Part shown: one piece after another, positions 1 to 10,724 of the stretch
How the letters are laid out: the number at the start of each line of letters is the position of its first letter
Numbering within the stretch: the stretch's first letter is position 1
Source of the DNA: an uncultured Desulfarculaceae bacterium
Lineage (GTDB): Bacteria > Desulfobacterota > Desulfocorpusculales > Desulfocorpusculum
Assembly: GCA_964514105.1 (NCBI GenBank)
Contig: CAZEPJ010000001.1
Location: 34,448 to 98,447 of the forward strand
Length of the DNA: 64,000 nucleotides
Direction of reading: 5' to 3'
Notes under the pieces: generated by a model
The model's input: only the letters and a program-made list of their open reading frames with translations
What the model was told of the DNA's origin: nothing
The model's database searches: none
Translations under genes and position numbers: made by a program

Positions 1-5
1 GTCCC

Positions 6-2192
6 ATGGATTCGCCCCCGACACCCAATGCCCAACGGCCCGCGCCCTGGGAAGGCCCTCGAGCTGCAGCCGAGGCCCTGCTCGCTGCCCTCAACGCGTC
101 CCAAAGGGAGGCGGTGACCCATCGGGGCGGGCCCCTCATGGTGCTGGCGGGGGCGGGGAGCGGCAAGACGCGGGTCATCACATATCGCATCGCCCACATC
201 CTGGCCCGCGGCGAGGCCCAGCCCTGGAATATCCTGGCCGTAACTTTCACCAACAAGGCTGCCCGGGAGATGCGGGAGCGGATCTGGACGCTCCTGGGCA
301 GGCCCGAGAGGGACCTGTGGGTCAGTACCTTTCACTCGGCCTGCGCCAAGATCCTGCGGGGGCACGCTCATCTCGTGGGGTACAACAGGGATTTCTCCAT
401 CTACGATGATCGCGATCAACTGAGCTTGGTGGAGGAATGCTGTCGCGATCTGGACGTGGATCCGGAGCGGTTCCCGCCCCGCCTGCTTCTCAGCCGGATC
501 AGTGCGGCCAAGCAGCAGTATCGATCCCCCGAGGAGGTCACGGCTGCGGCCGGGTGGGATCCCCTGGAGAGCCGGGTGGGCGCTGTCTACGGCCTGTACC
601 AAGAGCGGCTGCGACACGCCCAGGCCATGGATTTCGACGACCTTCTGTTCCAGACCCTGTCCCTCTGGGACACCCACCCCGAGGTCCTGGGGCACTACCG
701 TCAACGCTGGGTTCACGTGTTGGTGGACGAGTTCCAGGACACCAATCGGATCCAGTACCGCTTGGTGCGGGCCCTGGCCGCGCGGCATCGGAACCTGTGC
801 GTGGTGGGGGACGACGACCAGTCCATCTACAGTTGGCGGGGGGCGGACCTGGGGAACATCCTGGGCTTCGAGGAGGACTTCCCCGATGTGACGCTGGTAC
901 GGCTCGAGCAGAACTACCGCTCCACCCAGCGCATCCTGAGTGCCTCGGGTGCCGTGATCCGGAGAAACAACCTGCGCAAGGGCAAGACCCTCTGGACCCA
1001 GAACGAAGTCGGGGAGCCCCTGTCCCTGTACCAGGCGGCGAACGAGCGGGACGAAGCGGCCTTCGTGGCCGACGAGGTAAAACATCTGGTGCTTGGGGAG
1101 GGTTTGCGCCCCTCCGACATCGCGGTCTTCTACCGGACCCATGCGCAATCCCGCGTCCTGGAGGAGGAGTTCCTGTCGCGGCGAACCGCATTTTCCATTT
1201 ACGGGGGATTGGGGTTCTACGAGCGCAGAGAGGTCAAGGACGTGGTGGCCTATCTCCGGGCCCTCATCCATCCGTCCGACGACCTGAGCTGGAAACGCAT
1301 CGTGAACAGGCCCCGCCGGGGCATCGGCAAGACGACGGTGGAGGCCGCTGAGAAGACGGCGGCCGCCCGGGGGATCCCGTTCAGCCAGGCCCTGCGGGTC
1401 TTGGGCGAGGAGGGGAAGCGTCGTGGGCCCGGGGCCAGGGTGCGGGCCTTCGTGGAGATGATGGACGGCCTCGCCCGGGCTGCGGCGGATCTCCGGGTTC
1501 GGGAGCTGCTGGAGGCCGTCCTGGAGGAGAGCGGGTACCTGGCGGACCTCCGAAGGCAGGAAACCCTAGAGGCGCAGGAACGGCTGGGCAACCTGCAGGA
1601 ATTGCTCAACCTCGTGGCGGAGTACGGGGAAGAGGAGGAAGAGGGGCTCACGGGTTTCCTGGAGCGCGTGGCCCTGGTGAGCGATATCGACCGCCTGGAC
1701 CCCGAGCAGGACCGGGTTTCCCTCATGACCCTTCACTCGGCCAAGGGGCTGGAGTTCCCGGTGGTCTTCATGGTGGGGATGGAAGAGCGGCTCCTGCCCC
1801 ACGGCTCGGCCCTGGACGATCCCTCCGAGCTGGAGGAGGAGCGGCGGCTGTGCTACGTGGGGATGACCCGGGCCTGCAAGCGGCTCTACCTCACGTACGC
1901 CGCCTCCCGGCGCATCTGGGGGACGCCTCAGGATCTCGCCCCTTCCCGCTTTCTGCTGGAGATCCCCTCCCAATGCCTCCAGGCCCTCTCCCCCGGGGGG
2001 CTCCCCGCCCTGGACGACGAGGACCCCCAGGGTTCATGCGGGGTCTTCCCGGGACGCTGGGTTCGCCATCCCCAGTTCGGGGTGGGCCGCATCCAGCGGG
2101 TCCTGGAGGGGGGCACCCGCGTGGTGGTGCATTTCCCGGGGGTGGGAGACAAGCGCTTTGTCACCCAAGAGGCGCCGCTGCAATGGGTCTGA
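6..2192 (+). CDS. uvrD: ATP-dependent DNA helicase, UvrD/PcrA/Rep family
   Basis: 728-aa ORF. Helicase motif I/Walker A LAGAGSGKTRVITYRIAHIL and motif II VDEFQDTN are present. A UvrD-type C-terminal domain follows, and GC3-rich codon usage is consistent with the genome. Confidence 0.9.
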   Translation: MDSPPTPNAQRPAPWEGPRAAAEALLAALNASQREAVTHRGGPLMVLAGAGSGKTRVITYRIAHILARGEAQPWNILAVTFTNKAAREMRERIWTLLGRPERDLWVSTFHSACAKILRGHAHLVGYNRDFSIYDDRDQLSLVEECCRDLDVDPERFPPRLLLSRISAAKQQYRSPEEVTAAAGWDPLESRVGAVYGLYQERLRHAQAMDFDDLLFQTLSLWDTHPEVLGHYRQRWVHVLVDEFQDTNRIQYRLVRALAARHRNLCVVGDDDQSIYSWRGADLGNILGFEEDFPDVTLVRLEQNYRSTQRILSASGAVIRRNNLRKGKTLWTQNEVGEPLSLYQAANERDEAAFVADEVKHLVLGEGLRPSDIAVFYRTHAQSRVLEEEFLSRRTAFSIYGGLGFYERREVKDVVAYLRALIHPSDDLSWKRIVNRPRRGIGKTTVEAAEKTAAARGIPFSQALRVLGEEGKRRGPGARVRAFVEMMDGLARAAADLRVRELLEAVLEESGYLADLRRQETLEAQERLGNLQELLNLVAEYGEEEEEGLTGFLERVALVSDIDRLDPEQDRVSLMTLHSAKGLEFPVVFMVGMEERLLPHGSALDDPSELEEERRLCYVGMTRACKRLYLTYAASRRIWGTPQDLAPSRFLLEIPSQCLQALSPGGLPALDDEDPQGSCGVFPGRWVRHPQFGVGRIQRVLEGGTRVVVHFPGVGDKRFVTQEAPLQWV

Positions 2193-2265
2193 TGGCCCCG
2201 GCCAAGCCGCGCTGGGGTGCGGGCCGAAGGTCCTCCCCGCCCAAAGCCGGGGCAGAGCCTGGCCG

Positions 2266-2298
2266 AAAAACAAGGGCCTCACCCGCCTGGTGAGGGCC
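2266..2298 (-). terminator. Candidate rho-independent terminator downstream of the secreted-protein gene (minus strand)
   Basis: GGCCTCACC / GGTGAGG(G)CC 9-bp inverted repeat with a 5-nt loop at 2275-2298. On the minus strand it is followed by TTGTTTTT (plus-strand aaaaacaa at 2266-2273). Confidence 0.5.
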
Positions 2299-2370
2299 GA
2301 GAAGCCCTCCAAAGCATCCGCCATGCATAAGGGCCCGTCCGGCCCGGTGGTGGCACAGAGGAGTGAGGGG

Positions 2371-3075
2371 CTACGGGCTCGGGGACGGCGGCTCCTGGAT
2401 GGCCTCAACGATATCCGTGGCCATGTCGTCCAGGACGACCTCCGCCTCCTGGGATGTCAGGCCTCCATAGACAACCCCTTTCTTCGTCGCCACCGCCACG
2501 GCCTTGTCCCACTTCCTGATGAACTTCCTGTCCGCCTTGTCCAGCCTCCTGGTCAGCTTGTCGGGTTTGGGCTTGTGAACGTCCTGGCTGTACGCCTTGA
2601 GCAGGTCCAAGGCCTTCTGCCCTGCGACCTTGAGCAGGTGGTCCGCCAGGTTTCGTGCCACGGGATCCGCGAGGTCGAGCAGGTCGTCTCCGCCGCCCGC
2701 CGCCCCATCCGGCCCCAAGACCGCCCCGTCGAGGATTTCGTCGGCAGCCCCTTCGTCAGTCCCGTTCCCCCCGATCAACGCCACCATATCGGCCAGTTCG
2801 GCGGCGGAGTTGCAGCCGGTCCCCGGGTCGGCGTTGTTCCACCGAACCGCCAGCTGGTCGTATGCCGTCTGAATGCATGCCGAGGGATCGCCCGCGGGGT
2901 CGCCCTTGAGGGCGTGAGCCCAGCAGAAAACGACCTTCTTGGCGTAGATGCTCAGGGCGTTGAGCCTTCGGCTCTGGCATGTGGCGTCGGGGTCGGGCGC
3001 GGCCATGGACGGACCGGCAGCCAGGGCCAGGACGCCAAGGACGGACGCCCATCCAAAAGCGAAAGCGCGCTTCAT
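2371..3075 (-). CDS. Secreted hypothetical protein (Sec signal peptide, Cys-containing, Asp/Gly/Ala-rich)
   Basis: The start was reset to the internal ATG at 3075, which is preceded by a perfect AAGGAGG RBS. The N-terminus MKRAFAFGWASVLGVLALAAGPSMAAP is a classic signal peptide. The upstream extension of the table ORF 2371..3303 has no RBS and overlaps the leader structure. Confidence 0.6.
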   Translation of the reverse strand: MKRAFAFGWASVLGVLALAAGPSMAAPDPDATCQSRRLNALSIYAKKVVFCWAHALKGDPAGDPSACIQTAYDQLAVRWNNADPGTGCNSAAELADMVALIGGNGTDEGAADEILDGAVLGPDGAAGGGDDLLDLADPVARNLADHLLKVAGQKALDLLKAYSQDVHKPKPDKLTRRLDKADRKFIRKWDKAVAVATKKGVVYGGLTSQEAEVVLDDMATDIVEAIQEPPSPSP

Positions 3076-3239
3076 GTCTATTCCCTCCTTGGTCTTGCGG
3101 CCGAGAAACGTCACCTCGATCCGTTGGGTGTCCGCCTCCCCGACGGCCGGGGCCTTCACGTTGCGGTTCGCCGTCCGGGTGATGCCCTCTTCGGGATCGA
3201 TCCCAAGAGGCCTTGCCGAGGGAAGATGCGTGCCTTCAT

Positions 3240-3340
3240 CCGCCGGGCAGCCACGCTGCCTGGCCCCACGGCGTGGAACCAGGCTGACAGCCTTGCGCCC
3301 CACCCTCCCGAGATGTTTGCCCTTCAGCGAAACGCCCTGC
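3240..3340 (-). promoter_or_regulatory. Candidate c-di-GMP-I (GEMM-like) riboswitch aptamer in the 5' leader of the secreted-protein gene
   Basis: The minus-strand leader reads GCUGAAGGGCAAACAUCUCGGGAGGGUGGGGCGCAAGGCUGUCAGCCUGGUUCCACGCCGUGGGGCCAGGCAGC. It shares AGGGCAAAC, a GNRA-capped hairpin and GGG(A/G)CGCAA(A/G)GC with the Vibrio Vc2 aptamer (CAGGGCAAACCAUUCGAAAGAGUGGGACGCAAAGCC). A P1-like GCUG...CAGC closure and a second hairpin (GCCUGG...CCAGGC) follow, about 170-260 nt upstream of the ATG. A candidate -10 TATTAT lies at 3347-3352. Confidence 0.4.
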
Positions 3341-3465
3341 CATTGGATAATACCAGAAGACCGGAAGATAGGAAACGGATCAACGCATGACTTTGAAATC
3401 CTTCACACTTCAAGCCCGGGAAGAGGCATGGATGGGCAGCCGGGGGCCCCCCCGGACCCCGAAGG

Positions 3466-4110
3466 TCAAAGGGGCTGGCCGCCGGCCTCGCGGACGATGC
3501 CCTTGAGATATGCCACAGCCTCTTCAGCCAGACAGGTCGAATCGACGGATACGGACAGCTCGTGGTTGTGCCCTAGGGCGCTGTTGGTGAAGTTATGACT
3601 TCCCACGATGAGGTGACGGCGGTCTACAACCGTGGCCTTCATGTGGGACCTTCGATCGGGTCGATCCCAATGGACCGTGACCCCGGCCTTCTTCAGCCGC
3701 TCGGCGCTCTTCTTGTTGTCTCTGGCCAGTTCCGAGCGCGGGTCCTCCGGCAATTCCAGGAGGAGCTGAACCCGAACGCCCCGCTTGTGGGCCCGGATCA
3801 GTTCCCGGATCAGGCCATCTGTGGTGCTTTGGCGATGGCCTGCGGCCTTGAACGTGAACATGCCGATCCAGATCTCCTTCTTGGCCCTCTTGACGAGGTT
3901 GGTCAGGGCCGGGGAGAGCCGTTCGTCGGGGAGAAACTGCACCGTGGCCGGGGGGCAGGGGGTGGAAGCGTACACCAAATCCCGGCACGTGCATGACAGG
4001 AGGAGCACGACCGCAAACAGGGCCGCCTCGGTACAGCGGATCCATTGTCTCGATGCCGGAAGAGGGGCCATCCCCGACACATCTTCCGGCATCTCTGTCC
4101 GCTGCATCAC
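3466..4110 (-). CDS. Phospholipase D/Nuc-like single-HKD-domain protein, probable lipoprotein or secreted endonuclease
   Basis: HKD motif [20 protein letters not shown] (HxKx4Dx6GSxN). The N-terminal hydrophobic segment ends in an LLSC lipobox-like motif. The GTG/ATG start overlaps the dnaK stop (GTGATG), indicating translational coupling. Confidence 0.7.
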   Translation of the reverse strand: MMQRTEMPEDVSGMAPLPASRQWIRCTEAALFAVVLLLSCTCRDLVYASTPCPPATVQFLPDERLSPALTNLVKRAKKEIWIGMFTFKAAGHRQSTTDGLIRELIRAHKRGVRVQLLLELPEDPRSELARDNKKSAERLKKAGVTVHWDRPDRRSHMKATVVDRRHLIVGSHNFTNSALGHNHELSVSVDSTCLAEEAVAYLKGIVREAGGQPL

Positions 4111-6038
4111 TTCACTTCCTCGAAATCCGCGTCCACCACATCATCCCCGCCCTGGCCCCTGGAGGATCCAGCGCCGCCCGACGGCCCTCCGTGCGCCCCG
4201 CCCGCCTGGCTCTGCTGCTGGGAAGCCTTGGCGTACATGGCCTCGGCAAGCTTGTGGGAGGCGCTCTGGAGCTCTTCGGTGGCCCGTTTGATGGCGTCCG
4301 GGTCAGAGCCTTCCATGGCCCGGCGAAGGGCTTGGACGGCCGAGTCGATGCCCTGGCGATCCGCCGCGTCGATCTTGTCGGCGTGTTCCTTCAGGTTCTT
4401 CTCCGTGTGATAGATCATGTTGTCCGCGTTGTTTCGGGCTTCGGCCAACTGTCGCTTTCGCTTGTCCTCGTCCGCATGGGCCTGGCCCTCCCGGACCATC
4501 TTCTGGATCTCTTCCTCGCTCAGGCCCGAGGAAGCGGTGATCTTGATGGACTGCTCCTTGCCCGTGGCCTTGTCCTTGGCCGACACGTGGACGATGCCGT
4601 TGGCATCGATGTCGAAGGTCACCTCGATCTGGGGGATGCCCCGGGGAGCGGGCGGGATCCCCGTCAGATTGAATCGACCCAGTGTCTTGTTGTCCCCCGC
4701 CATCTCTCGCTCGCCCTGCAGGACGTGAATGGTGACCTCGGTCTGGCTGTCGGCCGCCGTGGAGAAGATCTCGCTCTTGCGGGTGGGAATGGTCGTGTTG
4801 CGCTCGATGAGCCGCGTGAACACCCCGCCCAGGGTCTCGATCCCCAGGGAAAGCGGCGTCACGTCCAGAAGCAGCACGTCCTTCACTTCCCCCTTGAGCA
4901 CCCCGGCTTGGATCGCGGCTCCCACCGCCACGACCTCATCCGGATTGACACCCTTGTTGGGCTCCTTGCCGAAGATCTCCTTGACCTTTTGCTGGACTCG
5001 GGGCATCCGGGTCATGCCTCCCACCAGGATCACCTCGTTGATGTCCGCTGGCCGAAGCCCTGCGTCCTTGAGGGCCTGGCGGCACGGTCCTTCGAGCTTG
5101 GCGATGAGGTCCTCCACCAGGGACTCCACCTTGGCCCGGGTGAGCTTGAGGTTGAGGTGTTTGGGCCCGCTGGCGTCCGCGGTGATGAAGGGGAGGTTGA
5201 CCTCGGTCTCCATGGAAGAGGAGAGCTCCATCTTGGCCTTTTCCGCGGCCTCCTTGAGCCTCTGGAGGGCCATTCGATCCTTGCGCAGATCGATCCCCTG
5301 GTCCTTCTTGAACTCGTCGGCCAGGTAATCGATGATTCGCAGGTCGAAGTCCTCACCGCCCAGATGGGTGTCGCCGTTGGTGGCCTTGACCTCGATGGAT
5401 TTCTCCCCTTCCACGTCCATGATGTCCAGGATGGAGATGTCGTACGTCCCCCCGCCCAGGTCGAAAACGGCGATCTTTTCATCCTTGTGGCGATCCATGC
5501 CATAGGCCAGGGATGCCGCCGTTGGCTCGTTGATGATGCGAAGCACATTGAGACCGGCGATTCTGCCGGCGTCCTTTGTGGCCTGGCGCTGGCTATCGTT
5601 GAAGTAGGCCGGCACAGTGATGACCGCCTCGGAGATGTTCTCCCCCAGGAAGTCATCGGCGGTCTGCTTCATCTTCTGGAGCACCATGGCGGAGATCTCC
5701 GGCGGAGAATAGCTCTTGCCCCGCACCTGAATGTGGGCATCGCCGTTGGCCGCCTTCACGATCTTGTACGGCAGGATCTTCAGATCCTTCTGGACCTCCG
5801 GGTCGTCGAACTTCCGCCCGATGAGCCGCTTCACCGCGTACAGCGTGTTTTCGGGGTTGGTGATGGCCTGGCGCCTGGCGATCTGGCCGACCAACCGCTC
5901 CCCACTTTCCGTAAAGGCCACTACCGACGGGGTGGTGCGCCCGCCCTCGGAGTTCGCTATGACCTTGGACTCGCCGCCCTCCATGATCGCCACGCAAGAG
6001 TTCGTCGTCCCCAAATCGATCCCGATGGCTCTCTTCAT
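4107..6038 (-). CDS. dnaK: Molecular chaperone DnaK (Hsp70)
   Basis: 643 aa. N-terminus [22 protein letters not shown] plus full-length Hsp70 signatures and an acidic C-terminal tail ending EEVK. Confidence 0.97.
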   Translation of the reverse strand: MKRAIGIDLGTTNSCVAIMEGGESKVIANSEGGRTTPSVVAFTESGERLVGQIARRQAITNPENTLYAVKRLIGRKFDDPEVQKDLKILPYKIVKAANGDAHIQVRGKSYSPPEISAMVLQKMKQTADDFLGENISEAVITVPAYFNDSQRQATKDAGRIAGLNVLRIINEPTAASLAYGMDRHKDEKIAVFDLGGGTYDISILDIMDVEGEKSIEVKATNGDTHLGGEDFDLRIIDYLADEFKKDQGIDLRKDRMALQRLKEAAEKAKMELSSSMETEVNLPFITADASGPKHLNLKLTRAKVESLVEDLIAKLEGPCRQALKDAGLRPADINEVILVGGMTRMPRVQQKVKEIFGKEPNKGVNPDEVVAVGAAIQAGVLKGEVKDVLLLDVTPLSLGIETLGGVFTRLIERNTTIPTRKSEIFSTAADSQTEVTIHVLQGEREMAGDNKTLGRFNLTGIPPAPRGIPQIEVTFDIDANGIVHVSAKDKATGKEQSIKITASSGLSEEEIQKMVREGQAHADEDKRKRQLAEARNNADNMIYHTEKNLKEHADKIDAADRQGIDSAVQALRRAMEGSDPDAIKRATEELQSASHKLAEAMYAKASQQQSQAGGAHGGPSGGAGSSRGQGGDDVVDADFEEVK

Positions 6039-6093
6039 CCCTGGCTCCTCCGTTTTCCCAAGGCGCCGCTGGCTGCCTGGGAGGGGATTGCAA

Positions 6094-6696
6094 TCAGCTT
6101 CTCCTGGAGACCGCCACCTTGGAAGGTCTCAAAAGTCGGTCGTGCAACCGGTAGCCTCGCTCCATCTCCTGGACCACCATGTTTGGCTCATGCCCGGCGG
6201 AATCGACCTGCATGACGGCTTCGTGGAGCGCAGGATCAAACGGCTGATTCAATGCATCGATGGGCGTCACCCCAGCCCGCTCCAGAGCTGCGGCGAACTG
6301 CCTCTGGACCATGCGAACGCCCTCCAGCATCCCATCCTGAGCCTGGGGATTGTCCCCGTGATCCAGCGCGCGCCCCAGGTTGTCGAGAATGGGCAAGAGC
6401 TCCTTCAAGAGGCCCTCATGAGCGAACCTGGCGAGTTCCTCCCGCTCCCTCGCCGAGCGCTTCCTGTAGTTCTCCAGGTCCGCGGCCGCCCGCATCCAAC
6501 GATCCCGAAGCTGATCCGCCTCCTGCCGGGACTGCTCGATCTCTTTGCGAAGGGCCTCCAGCTCCTCCCGGAGCTTGGCGGCGCCCCGCCGCCCCCTCCT
6601 TCCCTCGTCCAAGGCGGCTTCGGATTCGCGCTTGTCTTCGTGGCCCTCCATGGACAGTCCCCTCGATCGTTCATGCGTTATTGCTGGAATTCCCAT
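6094..6696 (-). CDS. grpE: Nucleotide exchange factor GrpE
   Basis: Coiled-coil N-terminus and the GrpE signature [13 protein letters not shown]. It lies immediately upstream of dnaK in the same orientation. The exact start is uncertain (an alternative is the internal Met MEGHEDK). Confidence 0.85.
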   Translation of the reverse strand: MGIPAITHERSRGLSMEGHEDKRESEAALDEGRRGRRGAAKLREELEALRKEIEQSRQEADQLRDRWMRAAADLENYRKRSAREREELARFAHEGLLKELLPILDNLGRALDHGDNPQAQDGMLEGVRMVQRQFAAALERAGVTPIDALNQPFDPALHEAVMQVDSAGHEPNMVVQEMERGYRLHDRLLRPSKVAVSRRS

Positions 6697-6731
6697 AACT
6701 TAAATCGCATCGGGCGCCAAACGGCTTAATG

Positions 6732-6760
6732 GAACATAAGCACCTCCCACAACGTTGTCA
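6732..6760 (-). promoter_or_regulatory. Candidate sigma70-type promoter of grpE-dnaK
   Basis: Minus-strand TTGACA, 17 nt, then TATGTT, about 60 nt upstream of a GAGGGGA RBS and the grpE ATG. Confidence 0.4.
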
Positions 6761-6783
6761 AGCCGTGAACCGAAAGGCCGTTC

Positions 6784-6812
6784 CTTGACTTTGGCCCCCC
6801 CCACTTCTATTA
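6784..6812 (+). promoter_or_regulatory. Candidate sigma70-type promoter of lon (divergent from grpE)
   Basis: TTGACT, 17 nt (containing a C8 run), then TATTAT at 6807-6812. A roughly 170-nt leader ends in a GGAGGG RBS before the lon ATG at 6984. Confidence 0.4.
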
Positions 6813-6983
6813 TTCTAAGGGGACTGGGCCCCGGGGATTTCGCGTGGCCGAGGGGCTTCACAGGGCGCAGAGGGCGTTTGACACATTGGCCAAGGCTCCA
6901 GAATGCGAGGGCTTCTCCCAGCGTCACACCCCCGGCATCGGTCCTTCTGAATCCAAGCTACGACACGACCAACGGAGGGTTTC

Positions 6984-9401
6984 ATGGCCCAGGACACGCT
7001 CCAGAAGGAGCAGATCCAAATCCCGGACATGCTCCCCATGCTGCCGGTTCGCGATATCGTCGTCTTCTCGTATATGATTCTGCCCCTCTTCGTGGGCAGG
7101 GAAGGTTCCCTGCAGGCCGTCAACGAGGCTATGGCAGGCCAGAAGATGATCTTTCTGGCCACCCAGAAACGGGCCGGTGTGGAGGACCCGGAGACCGATG
7201 ACATCTACCGGGTCGGCACCATCGCCATGATCATGAAGATGCTCAAACTGCCCGACGGGCGCGTGAAGATCCTGGTTCAGGGACTGGTCAAGGGCGTCAT
7301 CAAGGAGTTCTTCCGCACGGGAAACGCGTACCACGTCCGGGTGGAAAAGGTCGAGGAGCGGGGTGCCGCAGAGGTGTCCGTAGAGGTAGAGGCCTTGATG
7401 CGCAGCGTCAAGGAAAGCAGCGAGAAGATCTTGACCCTCAAGGGGATGGTGTCGCCCGACGTGATGGCCATTCTGGACGCCATCGAGGAGCCGGGGAGGC
7501 TGGCCGATCTGGTTGCCTCCAACCTCAAGCTCAGGATCGAGGAGGCCCAGGCGATCCTGGAGACCTTCGATCCTGTTGAGCGGCTGCGCATGGTCAATGA
7601 TCTCCTCAACAAGGAGCTCGAGGTCTCCACCATGCAGGCCAAGATCCAGTCCCAGGCCAAAGAGGAGATGTCCAAGACCCAGCGTGACTACTACCTGCGT
7701 GAACAGATGCGGGCCATCAAGCAGGAACTGGGGGAGACGGACGAACGGTCGGAGGAGATCAACGAGCTCAGGGACAAGATCGCCAAGTCCAAGATGCCGA
7801 CGGAGGTGGAGAAAGAGGCGCTCAAGCAGCTGACCCGGTTGGAGATGATGCATCCGGATGCGGCGGAGGCCTCCATCGTCCGGACGTATCTGGACTGGAT
7901 GGTGGAACTCCCGTGGAGCCGCAGCACCCGCGATCGCTTGAGCATTCCCAAGGTCCAGAAGGTCTTGGACGAGGATCACTACAATCTGGAAAAGGTCAAG
8001 GAGCGCATCCTGGAATATCTGGGCGTGCGCAAGATCAAGCGCCACATGAAGGGCCCCATTCTCTGCTTCGTGGGCCCCCCGGGCGTGGGGAAGACCTCCC
8101 TGGGACGTTCCATCGCCCGGGCCCTGGGAAGGAAGTTCACCCGCATCTCCCTGGGCGGGATCCGCGATGAGGCGGAGATCAGGGGGCATCGGCGCACCTA
8201 CATCGGGGCCCTGCCCGGGCGCATCGTCCAGGGCATCAAGCAGGCGGGTTCCAACAACCCGGTCTTCATGCTCGATGAGATCGACAAGGTGGGCGCCGAT
8301 TTCCGGGGCGATCCGTCGGCCGCCCTATTGGAGGTGCTGGACCCGGAACAGAACGCGACGTTCAGCGACCACTATCTCAACGTGCCCTTCGACCTGTCCA
8401 AGGTGATGTTCATCACCACCGCCAATCTCATCGATCCTATCATCCCGGCACTCAAGGACCGCATGGAGATCATCGAGATCCCGGGTTACTCCAACGAGGA
8501 GAAACTCCGGATCGCCCAGCAGTTCCTCATCCCCAGGCAGCTCAAGGAAAACGGGGTGACGACCCGGGACGTCTTGATCTCCGAGGAGGCCATCCTCCAG
8601 GTCATCTCCAACTACACCCGGGAGTCCGGGGTGCGTAACCTGGAGCGGGAGATCGCTTCCATCTGCCGGAAGGTGGCCCGCCGGAAGGCGGAGGGGAACC
8701 GGGAGCTGACCCATGTGACCCGGGGCAATGTCCACAAGTTTCTCGGTGTACCGAAGTTTCTCCCTGAGGAGGAACAGGAGGAAAACGAAGTGGGGGTGGC
8801 GACAGGGTTGGCCTGGACCCCGTACGGAGGGGAGACGCTCTACGTGGAAGCGAGCACCATGAAGGGAAAGGGTAACTTGACACTCACGGGGCATCTGGGC
8901 GACGTCATGAAGGAGTCCGCCCATGCGGCACTCAGCTATGCCAGATCCCGGGCGTCCCGATGGGGCATCGACGAGAACTTCTACGCCGAGCGCGACGTCC
9001 ACGTCCACGTGCCCGCGGGGGCCATCCCCAAGGACGGTCCTTCGGCTGGCGTGACCATGACAACGGCCCTGGTATCGGCCCTCACCGGGTTTCCCGTCCG
9101 CAAGGACATCGCCATGACGGGGGAGATCACCTTGAGAGGGCGCGTCCTGCCCATAGGCGGTCTCAAGGAGAAGGCCCTGGCGGCCATGCGGGCCAAGATC
9201 AACACCGTGGTCATCCCGGAGCGAAACAAGAAGGATCTCGAGGAGATTCCCAAGCACATCCTGAAGAAGATCCGATTTATCTTCGCCAGGGACATGGATC
9301 AGATTCTCGACGTCGCTCTCGTCAATGGGCGCAAGCGGAGGCGGGCCTCGACCAAAGGGCGGGGGGCGCGGGCGGGGTCGAGCCCATCCCCGGCGGCGTG
9401 A
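6984..9401 (+). CDS. lon: ATP-dependent Lon protease (La)
   Basis: 805 aa. Lon N-terminal domain, AAA+ Walker [10 protein letters not shown], and a C-terminal protease domain with the catalytic-Ser region [11 protein letters not shown]. Confidence 0.95.
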   Translation: MAQDTLQKEQIQIPDMLPMLPVRDIVVFSYMILPLFVGREGSLQAVNEAMAGQKMIFLATQKRAGVEDPETDDIYRVGTIAMIMKMLKLPDGRVKILVQGLVKGVIKEFFRTGNAYHVRVEKVEERGAAEVSVEVEALMRSVKESSEKILTLKGMVSPDVMAILDAIEEPGRLADLVASNLKLRIEEAQAILETFDPVERLRMVNDLLNKELEVSTMQAKIQSQAKEEMSKTQRDYYLREQMRAIKQELGETDERSEEINELRDKIAKSKMPTEVEKEALKQLTRLEMMHPDAAEASIVRTYLDWMVELPWSRSTRDRLSIPKVQKVLDEDHYNLEKVKERILEYLGVRKIKRHMKGPILCFVGPPGVGKTSLGRSIARALGRKFTRISLGGIRDEAEIRGHRRTYIGALPGRIVQGIKQAGSNNPVFMLDEIDKVGADFRGDPSAALLEVLDPEQNATFSDHYLNVPFDLSKVMFITTANLIDPIIPALKDRMEIIEIPGYSNEEKLRIAQQFLIPRQLKENGVTTRDVLISEEAILQVISNYTRESGVRNLEREIASICRKVARRKAEGNRELTHVTRGNVHKFLGVPKFLPEEEQEENEVGVATGLAWTPYGGETLYVEASTMKGKGNLTLTGHLGDVMKESAHAALSYARSRASRWGIDENFYAERDVHVHVPAGAIPKDGPSAGVTMTTALVSALTGFPVRKDIAMTGEITLRGRVLPIGGLKEKALAAMRAKINTVVIPERNKKDLEEIPKHILKKIRFIFARDMDQILDVALVNGRKRRRASTKGRGARAGSSPSPAA

Positions 9402-9416
9402 TCCCGGGGCCATCTC

Positions 9417-10724
9417 GTGTCGGCCCGTGGGGGAGTGTTGGAGCCAGAGCAACTCTGTGCCGTAGTGCTGCTTCTGTCCTGCCTCCTGATTCACGGGTGG
9501 CTCTCCGTAGCCCAGGGGACGTTGTTTGCCGTCAAAGAGGAGGAGTTGGAGCAACCGCCCAAGGGCGGGGGGCGGAGGTCTCACATGCTTCGCCAGTTGC
9601 TCCTCTCGCCCAGGCAGACGTCCCTGACATTGATTCTGGGGCAGCGGCTGGCCCTGCTGGGGGCGGTGGTGGCGGGGTGGTGGGCGTGGTGCACCCTCGG
9701 CAGCGGCGGATCGCCCATCGTCCCCATGGTCCTGCTGCCATTGGCGGTCATCGTGATGGATGCACTGGTGGCCGCCGGGACGTACGGTCGGGCACCCTTC
9801 CTCCACGCCCATCGATTGGCGCCGGTCCTCTGGGGCCTGCACAAGGCCTTTCATCCCCTTCGGTGGATGCTGCAAGAGACCACGGATCTCCTCCTGGGCG
9901 CCGCTGCGGGTGGTGCATCGCGCAGTGAAGGCGAGGCGCTGCAGCGGGAGTATCTGGGCCTGGTGGATGTGGGGCGCCGAGAGGGCGTTGTGGAGGGCGG
10001 TGAACAGCGGCTCATTCGCCGGGTCTTTGAGTTCGGCGATCAGCCTGTCTTGCGGGTGATGACCCCCCGCACCGACATGTTCACCCTGCCCCTGGACATG
10101 GACCTCCCGGAGGTGATCCGCCAGGTCCGGGGATCCGGCTATTCCCGGGTGCCCGTGTACCGGCATCGAAAGGATGAAGTCGTGGGGTTCTTGTATGCCA
10201 AAGACCTCCTGCGGCTTGGCCTGGGAGGGGACGCGGCGGAGGCGCGGTCCCTTCAGGGTCACCTTCACGATCCCTTCTTCGTGCCCACCCACATGCGCAT
10301 CGACGAACTGTTCCGGGAATTCCAGAAACGGAAGCTTCACATGGCCCTCTGCGTGGACGAGTACGGGGGGGTGGCCGGATTGGTGACCATGGAGGACCTT
10401 CTGGAGGAACTCTTCGGGGAGATCTACGACGAGTACGATCTGGAGACGCGCCAGTGGGAGGCCATGGGCGATGGCGTCTATCTGGTCTCCGGGCGAATGG
10501 GGGTGGAGGATCTGGAAGCCCTGCTGCAGGTCCGGTTGAAAGAGCCGCAATGTCATACGGTGGCGGGCCTCGTGCTCAAGCACCTGGGCCACATCCCAAA
10601 GGAAGGAGAGGAGTTGGAGTTGAAGGGGTTTCGCCTCGTGGTGGAGAAGGCCGGCGGCACCCGGGTTCACGCCATCCGGGTGGAGCGGGCGGCGCCGGAG
10701 GTCCCATGCACGCCATCGCCATAG
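9417..10724 (+). CDS. CNNM/CorC/HlyC-family transporter-associated protein (DUF21 TM domain, CBS pair, CorC_HlyC)
   Basis: N-terminal TM segments, tandem CBS motifs and a C-terminal CorC_HlyC-like domain. It is paralogous to the next gene. Confidence 0.75.
   Translation: MSARGGVLEPEQLCAVVLLLSCLLIHGWLSVAQGTLFAVKEEELEQPPKGGGRRSHMLRQLLLSPRQTSLTLILGQRLALLGAVVAGWWAWCTLGSGGSPIVPMVLLPLAVIVMDALVAAGTYGRAPFLHAHRLAPVLWGLHKAFHPLRWMLQETTDLLLGAAAGGASRSEGEALQREYLGLVDVGRREGVVEGGEQRLIRRVFEFGDQPVLRVMTPRTDMFTLPLDMDLPEVIRQVRGSGYSRVPVYRHRKDEVVGFLYAKDLLRLGLGGDAAEARSLQGHLHDPFFVPTHMRIDELFREFQKRKLHMALCVDEYGGVAGLVTMEDLLEELFGEIYDEYDLETRQWEAMGDGVYLVSGRMGVEDLEALLQVRLKEPQCHTVAGLVLKHLGHIPKEGEELELKGFRLVVEKAGGTRVHAIRVERAAPEVPCTPSP

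Noticed and set aside
437-2408. Several long ORFs (437..1351, 502..891, 538..1191-, 1250..1726-, 2034..2408-) overlapping uvrD on other frames or the opposite strand
   Set aside because: Arg/Pro/Gly-rich, low-complexity translations of the kind high-GC DNA produces. They are fully contained within a gene with clear helicase motifs.
6697-6983. CIRCE (HrcA operator) or sigma32 consensus upstream of grpE, lon and groES (also 28680-28858)
   Set aside because: No TTAGCACTC-N9-GAGTGCTAA-like inverted repeat was found. The CCCCCCAC run near lon is too close to TTGACT (8 nt) for a sigma32 -35/-10 pair.
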